Source of the DNA: an uncultured Methanosarcinales archaeon
GTDB taxonomy: Archaea > Nanobdellota > Nanobdellia > Woesearchaeales > GW2011-AR9
Assembly (NCBI GenBank): GCA_964460605.1
Contig: CAYWPT010000004.1
Location: 1 to 43,910 of the forward strand
Direction: 5' to 3'
DNA: 43,910 bases
Shown: one piece after another, positions 9,207 to 18,521 of the stretch
How the letters are laid out: each line of letters opens with the position of its first letter
How positions within the stretch are numbered: the first letter of the stretch is position 1
Notes under the pieces: generated by a model
What the model was told of the DNA's origin: nothing
The model's database searches: none
Seen by the model: the letters and a program-made list of their open reading frames with translations, nothing else
Translations under genes and position numbers: made by a program

Positions 9207-10943
9207 ATGGATTTTAAGCAATTAGCAGCTGTGTATGAGAATCTTGAAAATACGAGTTCTGGTAATCAAATGAGAGAAATTCTAGCAGAATTTTTCAAAG
9301 AAGTTCCAGTAAATAAGATCCATCTTCTTGCCCATTTAGTTATTGGAAAATTTGCTCCAGACTATGAAAACACTGTGCTTGGTATTGCTGAGAAGTCCCT
9401 TTTGAAGGCACTTGCTAAAGCTTCTGGGCGAAGCGAGAAAGAAGTCAAGGAACTTGCTAAAAAAGAGGGTGATGTTGGCCTTGCTGCAGCCCATTTGTTT
9501 AAGAAAAAACCAATGACACTTGTTCCAGTTGGCACATTGACCATTGATGAGCTTGAAGAAAAGGTCAAAAAGATCATATCTCTTTCTGGAAAAGGAAGTC
9601 AAGAAGAAAAAGAAAAAATTATTATGAGCATGCTGCAAAAATGCTCATCTCAAGAAGCAAAATATCTTTCTCGTTTATTATTAGGTAATATGAGAATTGG
9701 CGTTGCTGATATGACTGTCCTTGATTCATTAGCAATGGCTTTTACTGGTGATAAGAAGAATAAAAAATTGCTTGAGCGCGCCTACAATGTTAATCCTGAT
9801 GCAGGAGCAATAGCAGAGATTGTTGCTGAGAAAGGATTGAAAGGCTTAGAGAAAATTAAAATTGTAGTTGGGCACCCCATTAAAGTAATGCTTGCGCAAC
9901 GAGTTAAGAAAATTTCTGAAATCTTTGAGAAGATCAATGGAGAGATTGCAATTGAAACCAAATATGATGGTGAACGTGTACAAGTACATATGGACAAAGA
10001 GGGACTTGTAAATTTGTATAGTAGAAGAATGGAGAACATTACTTATCAATTCCCAGATATTGTTGAGTACCTACATTCTGAATTAAAAGGAGTGAAAGAC
10101 ATCATCTTTGAAGCTGAAATTATTCCTCTAGGAAAGAAAGGAGAACATTTACATTTTCAAACCTTAATGAAAAGGAAAAGGAAAACTGAAATTGAAAAGT
10201 TTGTCAAAGAGATCCCGGTTGTCCTCTATTGTTTTGATCTTCTTTATCTCAATGGAAAAGAATTAGTACAAGAGAATTATCCTGTTCGTATTAAAAAATT
10301 GAAGAGCATTATTAGTAATGATCATTTGCGTATGAGTGAGACCATTTACACTACTTCTGTTGATGAAGCTGAGGAATTTTTTAATGATCGTATTGAGAAA
10401 GGCTATGAGGGGATCATGGTCAAATCTCAAGAGGATGAAAAATCTGTCTATAAAGCAGGTGCTCGTGATTGGGCTTGGATTAAATGGAAAAAAGAGTATA
10501 TGGGAGATGTTGTGGACACTTATGATTTAGTTGTCATTGGTGCTTTTTATGGTAAAGGTAAACGTTCTGGCAGATATGGTTCATTATTATGTGCTACTTA
10601 TAATCATAAGGATGATGCTTTTGAATCAGTTAGTAAGTTAGGTACTGGAATGACCGATAAAACACTCTCTGAATTGCCTTTGGTTCTTGATGATCATAAA
10701 GTAGACAAGAAACCTGCACGGGTTATTGTGAAAAAAGAAATGTATCCCGATGAATGGTTTGAACCCACTGTTGTTGTCGAAGTTCTTGCTGCTGAGATTA
10801 CTCGTGGCAGTCTTCATTGTTGTGCTGTGAAAGATGGTCGTGGAATAGCTTTGCGATTTCCAAGATTTATTCAAATTCGTGATAATAAAAGTGCTGAGCA
10901 GGCGACCACTAGTAAAGAATTGAGTGATTTGTATGAAAGATAG
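9207..10943 (+). CDS. lig: ATP-dependent DNA ligase
   Basis: KYDGER (motif I), FDLLY, EGIMVK, WIKWK, LRFPRF. Confidence 0.97.
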   Translation: MDFKQLAAVYENLENTSSGNQMREILAEFFKEVPVNKIHLLAHLVIGKFAPDYENTVLGIAEKSLLKALAKASGRSEKEVKELAKKEGDVGLAAAHLFKKKPMTLVPVGTLTIDELEEKVKKIISLSGKGSQEEKEKIIMSMLQKCSSQEAKYLSRLLLGNMRIGVADMTVLDSLAMAFTGDKKNKKLLERAYNVNPDAGAIAEIVAEKGLKGLEKIKIVVGHPIKVMLAQRVKKISEIFEKINGEIAIETKYDGERVQVHMDKEGLVNLYSRRMENITYQFPDIVEYLHSELKGVKDIIFEAEIIPLGKKGEHLHFQTLMKRKRKTEIEKFVKEIPVVLYCFDLLYLNGKELVQENYPVRIKKLKSIISNDHLRMSETIYTTSVDEAEEFFNDRIEKGYEGIMVKSQEDEKSVYKAGARDWAWIKWKKEYMGDVVDTYDLVVIGAFYGKGKRSGRYGSLLCATYNHKDDAFESVSKLGTGMTDKTLSELPLVLDDHKVDKKPARVIVKKEMYPDEWFEPTVVVEVLAAEITRGSLHCCAVKDGRGIALRFPRFIQIRDNKSAEQATTSKELSDLYER

Positions 10944-10989
10944 ATTTTTTTTGGTCAATATTTAAATAAATCAAGATTATTCTCCACTT

Positions 10990-11160
10990 ATGGGAATTGA
11001 AAATTTAATGAAAGTATCAGGTAAAGAGATTGATGGAAGGACGCGAGTCCCACTTTATGCTCCTAAACAAGATAGTGATAAAGAGCCAGCTAAAGTTAAA
11101 AAAACTCAATACAATCCAAATGTTGATTTTAAAATTCCTGATGGAGATTTTGTTTGCTAA
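10990..11160 (+). CDS. 56-aa small protein missed by the ORF track (MGIENLMKVSG...KIPDGDFVC)
   Basis: ATG..TAA open frame; TTTAAATA at 10961-10968 at the locus-typical spacing; T-run after the stop. Confidence 0.6.
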   Translation: MGIENLMKVSGKEIDGRTRVPLYAPKQDSDKEPAKVKKTQYNPNVDFKIPDGDFVC

Positions 11161-11203
11161 TCCTCAAATCCTTAGATAATTTACTATTTTTTTGTCTTGC
11201 AGC

Positions 11204-11230
11204 ATAATCTAATGCATAGATTATCTTTTT
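11204..11230 (+). terminator. Inverted repeat plus T-run between the small ORF and the radical SAM cassette
   Basis: ATAATCTA-ATGCA-TAGATTAT followed by CTTTTT. Confidence 0.35.
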
Positions 11231-11344
11231 GTCTGTTAAATCTAATCTCATTATTTACATAAAGAATAAAACACATATAAAATTTTCTATTTGACAAAAA
11301 TATACAAAAGAGATTTTATAAGTTGTTTTCCAATTTTTAATATT

Positions 11345-12295
11345 ATGTCAAAAGACCAAAGAGGCATTATAGATATAATTGAGACTATGAGACTGCCTTA
11401 TTTAAGAGTTAGTGTTACTGCAAGGTGCAATGCTGCTTGTAAATTTTGTCATAACGAAGGCCAAATAATCCCAAAAAATGGAAGGGGAGAAAATGTGGGC
11501 ATTTCAGAAGCAAGACTATCTTTAGATGATTATACCATTATTGCAGATACTTTTCAAGGAACTTTTAATAAAGCAAAATTTACAGGAGGGGAACCAACTA
11601 TTATCAGTAACTTAGAAGAAATAATCAGAATTTTTGCAGAAAGAGATTATGAAACTTCCATAACCACAAATGGATTTTTATTAGATGAAGATAAACAAAA
11701 AGCCTTACGTGATTCAGGCTTAGATAAAATAAATGTAAGTATCCCTAGTACTGACCCAGAAGTATACAGAGAGATGTTTGGCTATACAGGTGATTTAGAA
11801 ATGGTTTTTGGGAATATCAAAACTCTTGAAAGGTATTTTCCAAAAAAAGCAAAGATAAATTTTATGGGCCTTAGAGGAGTCACAGTTCCTTCATCCCTTG
11901 AAGCTTTGGCAAGGATAAGTGAGGAATCAGGCATAACCATAAGTTGCTTAGAACCTGCCCTATCCAGAACTTGCCAAGAACCAATTTCTGTTGAGGTTAT
12001 AGATTACTTAAGAAGAATATTTGGTGAACCAGAAGTTTATGTTGTCAAAGATGACTTTACTTCAAAAAGATTCTTTAAATATCTGGATGGTGGAGTTTGG
12101 GAGGTAGATGACTTTAGAGGAAGAGAATATAGATCAGAAGCCTTTGATAATGATATCTGTTTAGAATGCCCAAAAGAGAAGATCTGTGTTGAAGGCCCAT
12201 ATGCATTGAGAATATTAGTAAATGGAACAGCTAAACCTTGTTTAATTAGGAATGATAATCATTTTCCATTTTTAAGAGTCAGGAGATATGGATAA
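11345..12295 (+). CDS. MoaA-like radical SAM enzyme with C-terminal Cys cluster
   Basis: 'YLRVSVTARCNAACKFCHNEG', 'FTGGEP', 'ITTNG', C-terminal C-x2-C-x5-C-x17-C; ATG 11345 preferred over TTG 11291 because TTTATAAG at 11315-11322 precedes it. Confidence 0.85.
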   Translation: MSKDQRGIIDIIETMRLPYLRVSVTARCNAACKFCHNEGQIIPKNGRGENVGISEARLSLDDYTIIADTFQGTFNKAKFTGGEPTIISNLEEIIRIFAERDYETSITTNGFLLDEDKQKALRDSGLDKINVSIPSTDPEVYREMFGYTGDLEMVFGNIKTLERYFPKKAKINFMGLRGVTVPSSLEALARISEESGITISCLEPALSRTCQEPISVEVIDYLRRIFGEPEVYVVKDDFTSKRFFKYLDGGVWEVDDFRGREYRSEAFDNDICLECPKEKICVEGPYALRILVNGTAKPCLIRNDNHFPFLRVRRYG

Positions 12296-12836
12296 AATGA
12301 AAAAAGTAATTTGTTTAACTGGACTCTCAGGGTCAGGAAAATCAACATTTTTGGAATATTGCCAAGAGAGAGGTATCCCTAATTTTTATACTGGAGATAT
12401 TATCCCAAAAAATGCCTCAGAAGAAGAAAAAATATCCTTTGGGATTGGATTAAATGAAAGAACTTCTTTTATTAAGAGAGCTCTAACCGCAGCACAAAGA
12501 AGGTATCTCGATTTTGAAACAGTAATTATTGATTCTATTCGTTCAGTTGAAGAATTAGCTTACATAAGAAGCCAATCTCAAGAAAATTTACTTATAGGAC
12601 TAACTTGTTGTAATAGAGAAAGAATAGAAAGAATTAAAAGAAGAGACCCAACTATACAGGTTGAGCAGATTGTTGATAGAGATAATAAAGATCGTGGTTA
12701 TTACGATGGTTATAATTTTGATGTTCCAAAATTATTGGAACTTGCAGATTATGTTATTGATACTAGTAGGAGTCATGAAGATACAAAACAAAGATACTCA
12801 GAGATCTTAGAGGAGGTTTTAAATAATGGAAATTGA
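12288..12836 (+). CDS. P-loop nucleotide kinase (UPF0200 / dephospho-CoA-kinase-like fold)
   Basis: 'LTGLSGSGKST', 'IIDSIRS', lid 'RIERIKRR', 'ADYVID'; overlaps the upstream stop. Confidence 0.8.
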   Translation: MDKMKKVICLTGLSGSGKSTFLEYCQERGIPNFYTGDIIPKNASEEEKISFGIGLNERTSFIKRALTAAQRRYLDFETVIIDSIRSVEELAYIRSQSQENLLIGLTCCNRERIERIKRRDPTIQVEQIVDRDNKDRGYYDGYNFDVPKLLELADYVIDTSRSHEDTKQRYSEILEEVLNNGN

Positions 12837-13365
12837 AGCTAAATTTATTTGTAATGATTTTGAAATTATAAAACAAAAAGCAATAGAACAAGGTTTTGAA
12901 TTAAAAAAAAAAAAACACCAGATTGACACTTATTTTATTGTGAATAAAATCATTGATAATAGACGGTCTTACCTTCGCATTAGAGAGGATAAAATAAAAG
13001 ATACATTATCCCTTGATTTTCACCAAGTTCTGTCTCTTTTAGAAACTGAAGAATATGAAAGTGATATAAGCAGTAAAGAAGCTATAGAAAAATTATTAGA
13101 ATCCCTTGGATATAAGATAATATGTGTTGTTAATAAAAAAAGAGAACAATATACTGACGGAAAATTTACATTAACATTTGATTCAGTAGTAAGTTTAGGG
13201 AATTTTGTGGAATTAGAGATTGAGTCTCAATTAAACGAGGAACTAAATAAAGAATTTTATGATATGTGTCAAAAATTAAATTTAAATGAAGACGATAGAA
13301 TTAAGAAGAAAGGCTACCCAGACTTATTAATTGAAAAAAAGGAGAAGTCTCCAAAAGTTGGTTGA
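12826..13365 (+). CDS. CYTH / class IV adenylate cyclase-like triphosphate tunnel metalloenzyme
   Basis: ExExK 'MEIEAKF', 'QIDTYF', 'YLRIRE', 'LGNFVELEI', 'GYPDLL'; GAGGAGG RBS upstream. Confidence 0.88.
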   Translation: MEIEAKFICNDFEIIKQKAIEQGFELKKKKHQIDTYFIVNKIIDNRRSYLRIREDKIKDTLSLDFHQVLSLLETEEYESDISSKEAIEKLLESLGYKIICVVNKKREQYTDGKFTLTFDSVVSLGNFVELEIESQLNEELNKEFYDMCQKLNLNEDDRIKKKGYPDLLIEKKEKSPKVG

Positions 13366-13940
13366 TCAAAAAATTTATGCCCTTGTTTATGCAAGAGCCA
13401 TAAAATATCTCGAAGCATTAAATGAAAATCTTAAATACCATTCTAGCCTTCATACACTTTCCGTTTTAGAAAATTGTGTATTATTAGCAAAAAAAGAAAA
13501 CATTAATTTAAAAGATACTTTTTTATTAAAAACCGCAGCACTTTATCATGATTTAGGTTTTCTTAGAAGATATGATAATAATGAAGAATTAGCATGTGAT
13601 ATCGCAAGGAAGATTTACTTAAATTGGGATATACAAATGAAGAGCTTAAAATAATCATAGATTTAATTCTCTCTACAAGACTCCCACAAAAACCAGTAAA
13701 CAAAATACAGAAAATTCTCTGCGATGCAGACCTTAGCCACTTAGGCAAAGATAATTTTTTTACAACCACTGAACTTTTAAGGCAAGAGATAAGTATACAT
13801 AAAGAAAAAATAAGTAAAAAAGAGTGGGTAAGAATAAATCTAAAATTTTTTGAGGGTCATTCTTATCACACTAACAGTGCTAAAATGTTATACTCAAAAA
13901 AAAAGAGAATATAGATGTTCTTAAAAAATCTCTTCTATAG
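13358..13940 (+). pseudogene. HD-domain phosphohydrolase split by frameshift(s)
   Basis: 'YHSSLHTLSV' and 'AALYHDLGF' in ORF 13331-13654; 'ILCDADL' in ORF 13624-13914; adding one base at ~13610 joins them (DIARKDLLKLGY); could be a sequencing error. Confidence 0.75.
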
Positions 13941-14397
13941 AATATGTCTTTCCATTAAATGCAACTTCTTCATCTACTTCTTTACCAAAAAAAGCTCTAG
14001 CTAATGGAGCACCCATACTCATAATTCTTATGCTAAGACCACCAAAATCAACTATTTCTCCACCACCAGCAGGTAATATCGCAAAATAGCTCAATCTTTC
14101 TGTTTGTTCATCATAAGCAGAAAAAACAGCCCCCATATTTACTTCATCTCTTCTTTCAGGAAGTTTATTACCCATCATTCTTTCTAAATTAGTTAAATCA
14201 TCAAGTTTCTTTATAATATCATCGGACCTAGCTGCTGCAAGTGATTGAAGCTCTTCTTTCATTGACCCATATCTTGTCTGGGCTGCACCTTCTTCTTTAT
14301 TGGCATAATCTATATTTTCTCTTATATGTGAGGAAGCGTGATCAATCGATTTAGATACTTGTCTATGTACATTTGTATAAAATTCTAAAATATCCAT
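13921..14397 (-). CDS. GreA/GreB-family-like protein
   Basis: Coiled-coil N-terminus with 'AQTRYGS'; C-terminal 'GAV...MSMGAPLARAFFGKEVDEEV..NGKTYSIEEI' matches the GreA/B C-domain pattern. Confidence 0.65.
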   Translation of the reverse strand: MDILEFYTNVHRQVSKSIDHASSHIRENIDYANKEEGAAQTRYGSMKEELQSLAAARSDDIIKKLDDLTNLERMMGNKLPERRDEVNMGAVFSAYDEQTERLSYFAILPAGGGEIVDFGGLSIRIMSMGAPLARAFFGKEVDEEVAFNGKTYSIEEIF

Positions 14398-14479
14398 ATT
14401 TTACAAAAAAAAGGTTTATTTATAATATTTTTGTTTAAAACACAAATTTTTTAAATAAACCTCCTGAATCTCTTTATAT

Positions 14480-16783
14480 ATGACTGAGTTGATTATTACA
14501 GAGAAACCTTCTTCTGCAAAGAAAATGGCTGCAGCTTTAGCTGATGGAAAGCCCGTTGTAAAAAGATTCAAGAAGACTGCATATTATGAATTAAGCCACA
14601 AGGGTAAAGAAATTGTGATTACTTCTGCAGTAGGTCATTTGTATGGATTAGTGGAAGCCGAGAATACTAGCTGGTCTTATCCTAGCTTTAAAATTAAGTG
14701 GCAAGCATCCAATATTGGGAATAAAGCACTTGCTTACGTTAAAGACTATATTGATACTATTAAGAAACTTTCTAAAACTGCCGATGAATTTACCGTTGCA
14801 TGCGATTATGACGTTGAAGGGGAAGTGATTGGTCTGAATGTTATGCGTTTTGCTTGTGGGCAAAAAGATGCACACAGAATGAAATTTTCTACCTTAACTA
14901 AAGGAGATTTAGTAAAATCTTATGAGGGTAAATTAAAAACTATTGATTGGGGTCAAGCTCTAGCTGGTGAGACAAGACATAAATTAGATTGGTTGTATGG
15001 TATTAACTTATCACGTGCACTTACTTCAGCTGTGAAAGCTACTGGAAAGTTTAAAGTTATGAGCGCAGGTAGAGTGCAAGGTCCAGCTTTGAAATTATTA
15101 GTTGATCGTGAGAAAGAGATTATGGCATTTAAGCCAGAACCTTATTGGCAGATTTCTTTGAATGGTAAGCATGGTAGTTCTGCTGTTGAGGCTTGGCATA
15201 GTGCTGATAAGATTTTTGATAAAGAGAGAGTTGCTGAGATTTTATCTAAGGTTGAAGGTGCTAAAGAAGCTTCTATTAAAGAGATCAAAAGAACACAGAG
15301 AAAACAAGCGCCACCTACACCATTTAATTTAACAGATTTACAAAGTGAGTCTTATTCGCAATTTAAAATAACTCCAAAAGATACTCTTTCCATTGCTCAA
15401 GAACTCTATGTAGCTGGAGTAACATCTTATCCAAGAACTTCTTCACAAAAGTTAGACCCTAAATTAGGTTTTAAGAAAATATTAACAGATCTAACTCGTA
15501 ATCCTTTGTATAAAGGTTTAGCTAGTGAATTATTGAAGAAAGATAAGTTAGTTCCTAATGATGGTAAGAAATCAGATCCTGCGCATCCAGCGATTTATCC
15601 AACAGGGATTGTTCCCGGAGACTTACATCCGCGAACACGTAAGGTCTATGATTTAATTGTTAAAAGATTTTTAGCAACTTTTGCTGACCCTGCTCTGCGT
15701 GAGACAATGACAGTAAGGTTAGATGTTAAATCAGAAGAATTTAGTACTAAAGGTACTCGAACACTCAAAGAAAATTGGCATGTTTTCTATAAACCCTATG
15801 TACGTTTAGAAGAGATTACTTTACCTGATATGAAAGAAGGTGAGAAAGTTAATATTGATAAGATAATTAAACATAATAAAGAAACACAACCCCCTAAACG
15901 ATTCAATCAGTCTTCTATTATTAAAGAGTTAGAAAAAAGGAATTTAGGAACTAAAGCTACTCGTGCTGATATTTTAGATCGTTTGTTTAAACGTGGTTAT
16001 ATTGATGGTGTGAAAATTACTGCAACTGAATTAGGTATTGAAACCGTTGGAGTTTTAGAGAAATATGTGCCTGAGATTGTTGATGAGAAATTAACAGTTG
16101 ATTTTGAAGAAAGCATGGCTAAGATTCGTGAAGGTAAAGAAAAAGAAAACAATGTTATTGCTAAGGCTGAAAAGCAATTAGAAAAGTTATTGGCTGATTT
16201 CAAGAAGAAAGAAAAAGAGGTTGGTGAAGAAATTTTGAAATCTCTGCATGAGAGTTGGAATGCTGCTAATTTCATGGGAACTTGTCCTGCATGTAAAGAA
16301 GGAAAATTAATGATGCGTATGGGTAAGTTCGGTCGTTTTGTTGCTTGTAATAAATATCCTGATTGTAAAACTACATTCAATGTTCCTAAAACTGGTGTAG
16401 TAAAGTTTTCAGGTGAGTATGATGAGAATGCATTCCCAATTATTGAAGCTGGAAAAGGTAGACAAAAAGGTAAATTTAGTCTTGCTGGTCATGTTGCTAC
16501 TATGAATGGTGTTTCTGCTAAGAAAGAAGAAACAGAGAAAAAGTATGATGCCGAAGGTATGACTTGTCCTGCTTGTAACAAAGGCCAAATGGTTTTACGT
16601 AAAGGCTTTTACGGTGAGTTTTTAGGATGTAACAACTATCCTAAATGTCAAACATTAATGAATATCAAAGATGGTGTTGTGCAGGTTGATAAACCGATTA
16701 CTAAAAAGCCAAAAGCTAAGACTGCAAAGAAAAAGACAGTTAAGAAGAAAAGTGTTAAAAAGAAAGCAGTAAAAAAGAAGTAA
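14480..16783 (+). CDS. topA: Type IA DNA topoisomerase with Zn ribbons and Lys-rich tail
   Basis: TOPRIM 'ITEKPS', 'DYDVEGE', 'SAGRVQ', catalytic 'SYPRT', two CPAC...C..YP.C ribbons. Confidence 0.96.
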   Translation: MTELIITEKPSSAKKMAAALADGKPVVKRFKKTAYYELSHKGKEIVITSAVGHLYGLVEAENTSWSYPSFKIKWQASNIGNKALAYVKDYIDTIKKLSKTADEFTVACDYDVEGEVIGLNVMRFACGQKDAHRMKFSTLTKGDLVKSYEGKLKTIDWGQALAGETRHKLDWLYGINLSRALTSAVKATGKFKVMSAGRVQGPALKLLVDREKEIMAFKPEPYWQISLNGKHGSSAVEAWHSADKIFDKERVAEILSKVEGAKEASIKEIKRTQRKQAPPTPFNLTDLQSESYSQFKITPKDTLSIAQELYVAGVTSYPRTSSQKLDPKLGFKKILTDLTRNPLYKGLASELLKKDKLVPNDGKKSDPAHPAIYPTGIVPGDLHPRTRKVYDLIVKRFLATFADPALRETMTVRLDVKSEEFSTKGTRTLKENWHVFYKPYVRLEEITLPDMKEGEKVNIDKIIKHNKETQPPKRFNQSSIIKELEKRNLGTKATRADILDRLFKRGYIDGVKITATELGIETVGVLEKYVPEIVDEKLTVDFEESMAKIREGKEKENNVIAKAEKQLEKLLADFKKKEKEVGEEILKSLHESWNAANFMGTCPACKEGKLMMRMGKFGRFVACNKYPDCKTTFNVPKTGVVKFSGEYDENAFPIIEAGKGRQKGKFSLAGHVATMNGVSAKKEETEKKYDAEGMTCPACNKGQMVLRKGFYGEFLGCNNYPKCQTLMNIKDGVVQVDKPITKKPKAKTAKKKTVKKKSVKKKAVKKK

Positions 16784-16784
16784 G

Positions 16785-17555
16785 ATGACATTATCGATAA
16801 TTGGCTTAGGTCTTTGGAATGAGGAGGACATCACTGTACGTGGGCTTGAATTAGTTCAAAAAGCTTCAAAAGTATACTTAGAAGATTATACTTCATTATT
16901 ACAATGTTCTGTTAAGGATTTAGAAGGATTATATGGTAAAAAGATTATTTTATCTAACCGTGATTCATCCGAACAAGGTATGGAAAAGATTATTGAAGAA
17001 GCCAAAACAGAAGATGTTTGTTTCTTAGTTATCGGCGATCCTTTTTCAGCAACAACCCATATGGAAATTTGGAAGACTGCTAAAGAAGCAGGTGTTTCTG
17101 TAGAGGTTATTGGGAATAGTTCTGTTCTTACAGCTGTAGGTATTACTGGTTTACAATTGTATAAATTTGGGAAAGTGACTAGCATTCCTTTCTTAGATGA
17201 TTTCCCTGAATTAGTGACACCATATAATGTTTATTCTGTAAATAAAGAAAAAGGGATGCATACACTTTGTCTTTTAGATATCAAAGCTGATGTTGATCGA
17301 TTTATGACAGTTGCTCAGGCTATTTCTGTTCTTGAAGATATTGAGAAACGTGAAGGAAAAGGTTTGATAACAGAGGATTTATTTGTTGTTGGTTGCGCGC
17401 GATTAGGATGTAATGATTATATTGTGCGTAGTGGTAAGTTATCTGAGATTAAAAAAATTGATTTTGGTAAAGCTCCACATTGTTTGATCATTCCTGAGGA
17501 CATGCACTTTTCTGAAGAAGAATGTTTAGCTGTGCATAATAGGGAGATAAGATGA
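16785..17555 (+). CDS. dph5: Diphthine synthase
   Basis: 'IGLGL', 'YLEDYTS', 'GDPFSATTH', 'GLQLYKFG', 'HTLCLLDI'. Confidence 0.96.
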   Translation: MTLSIIGLGLWNEEDITVRGLELVQKASKVYLEDYTSLLQCSVKDLEGLYGKKIILSNRDSSEQGMEKIIEEAKTEDVCFLVIGDPFSATTHMEIWKTAKEAGVSVEVIGNSSVLTAVGITGLQLYKFGKVTSIPFLDDFPELVTPYNVYSVNKEKGMHTLCLLDIKADVDRFMTVAQAISVLEDIEKREGKGLITEDLFVVGCARLGCNDYIVRSGKLSEIKKIDFGKAPHCLIIPEDMHFSEEECLAVHNREIR

Positions 17556-18406
17556 AAAAAATTACCTCCTTAGAAGGTTTTGTTGATATGGGAGGAGGGG
17601 TTTTTGTCAGTATGGAATCTTATATAGATAATATCATTAACTCTAGCCCGAGTGACTTATATAAGTCTGTTGAGGACTTATTTAATGGGAAAGAAAGGTT
17701 TACACCTAAACAACTTAAAGATGCTGCTGCGGAAATTAATAGAAAGTTAAGGCCAGAAAGTTATGGAGGAATGGTAAAGATAAATTTTGAAAGAAAATAT
17801 TTTCCATCTGGCATAGGAAAATTTGATGAAGTGTATAGATTAGATTCATTTACATCAGCCCATAATGAAAGACAATTACGTAGAATCTCCTTTTATTTTG
17901 AAGGTCTTTGTCCAAATGAAAGAACCCATAGATTCTCAATCAAAGAAATAGAAGCTCTTTTTCAAAAGTATGGGAAACAAGAACCTTCATCCGGAGAGAC
18001 AGAACTCACAGTACTCATAGAAAGAGATTCACAAGTTGAATTACCACTTTGGAAAAATCCTCAAAAAAGAATTGGATTAGGAGGTTTTTCCTATGGCTTT
18101 GATCAGAATGGGAGAGACAAATATTTTTATAATGGTCTTTTGCTCTCAAGAACAAGAACTCAAAAAGTTTGTGATTTCTTTAGAAGACAAGTTCATCTCT
18201 CATCTTATCTTGGAGATCATAGGGAAGGACTTACAATTCTTCGAAATAAAGCATCAGACTATGTTTTATCTATCTCTTCTGACTTGTCACTCCCAGACGA
18301 AAGAGAAATAATTGATGAATCAAAGGCGAGACTTTCTTATAAAGGAGATAATTTAACCATAGAAAATATTGGTTCAACATATTTATGTGTTAATTTCGCT
18401 GAATAA
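17552..18406 (+). CDS. Hypothetical protein
   Basis: 284-aa ORF with ATGA overlap on dph5; no recognised motif. Confidence 0.65.
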   Translation: MKKITSLEGFVDMGGGVFVSMESYIDNIINSSPSDLYKSVEDLFNGKERFTPKQLKDAAAEINRKLRPESYGGMVKINFERKYFPSGIGKFDEVYRLDSFTSAHNERQLRRISFYFEGLCPNERTHRFSIKEIEALFQKYGKQEPSSGETELTVLIERDSQVELPLWKNPQKRIGLGGFSYGFDQNGRDKYFYNGLLLSRTRTQKVCDFFRRQVHLSSYLGDHREGLTILRNKASDYVLSISSDLSLPDEREIIDESKARLSYKGDNLTIENIGSTYLCVNFAE

Positions 18407-18521
18407 AATGAAAAAAAGATTTATATATTTCAGGATTAAATTTTATAAGAAAAACTATTTTGTTAAACAATTAGCCAGCGCAGGAGTAGATATCCAAAGA
18501 CTATTATAAAAGATGATTACC

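Noticed and set aside
11291-11322. TTGACA as a bacterial sigma70 -35 element
   Set aside because: No good -10 at 17-nt spacing; the archaeal TATA explains the promoter
11291-12295. Calling the radical SAM moaA with a TTG start at 11291
   Set aside because: Lacks the MoaA C-terminal GG, the Cx2Cx13C spacing and several Arg, and has no Moco neighbours; the TATA position favours ATG 11345
13325-13365. CYTH-HD fusion via slippage at the A7 run
   Set aside because: CYTH ends normally after GYPDLL, and HD has a plausible overlapping TTG start
17552-18406. Possible FHA-like C-terminal domain
   Set aside because: Beta-rich, but the GR and SxxH signatures are not recognisable
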